DNA from: Antedon mediterranea
Taxonomy: Eukaryota; Animalia; Echinodermata
Reading direction: 5' to 3'
NCBI RefSeq assembly: GCF_964355755.1
Contig: NC_092674.1
Location: 10,726,001-10,790,000, forward strand
Length of the DNA stretch: 64,000 bases
The position numbers were made by a program, and so were the translations under genes. The notes beneath the pieces were generated by a model, which saw only the letters and a list, made by a program, of their open reading frames with translations, made no database searches and was not told the DNA's origin. Shown here piece by piece: positions 63,866-64,000 of the stretch. Positions within the stretch are counted from its first letter, which is position 1. The number at the start of each line of letters is the position of its first letter.

Positions 63866-64000
63866 CTAAATACTCCATTAAACTCAAAGGATATCAAGAG
63901 TGCATTTTTCTTTATATGCCATTAGAAATTTGTATATGCAAGTTCTTGTTATATTCAATCGCGACCTTCAAATGATAAGGACATTGTACTTTAGATATAT

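Overview
AT-rich animal genomic DNA, probably a marine invertebrate deuterostome such as an echinoderm (inferred from composition and repeat types). The window lies inside one large minus-strand gene, a carbonic anhydrase-related protein of the CA10/CA11 (CARP X/XI) type. Four internal coding exons (62521-62712, 48791-48883, 25619-25691, 6966-7120) splice in frame through GT-AG introns of about 13.6, 23.1 and 18.5 kb. The first and last exons were not found in the window. The introns hold many non-autonomous DNA transposons (piggyBac-, Kolobok-, PIF/Harbinger-, pogo- and hAT-like), LINE and SINE remnants, and several minisatellites. The most notable observations: (1) three Helentron/HINE-like elements nested inside each other (40578-45263), carrying nine perfect CRE palindromes; (2) two 30-35 bp palindromes with 7-bp target duplications that look like P-element excision footprints; (3) a tRNA-Gly-like SINE head whose B-box/T-arm is amplified 18 times; (4) a 76-bp satellite with three different 4-bp deletion variants that share the same period; (5) a 3.6-kb TIR element carrying a higher-order satellite; (6) a candidate 9-nt microexon. 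Family assignments rest on terminal structure and remembered motifs, not on database searches.
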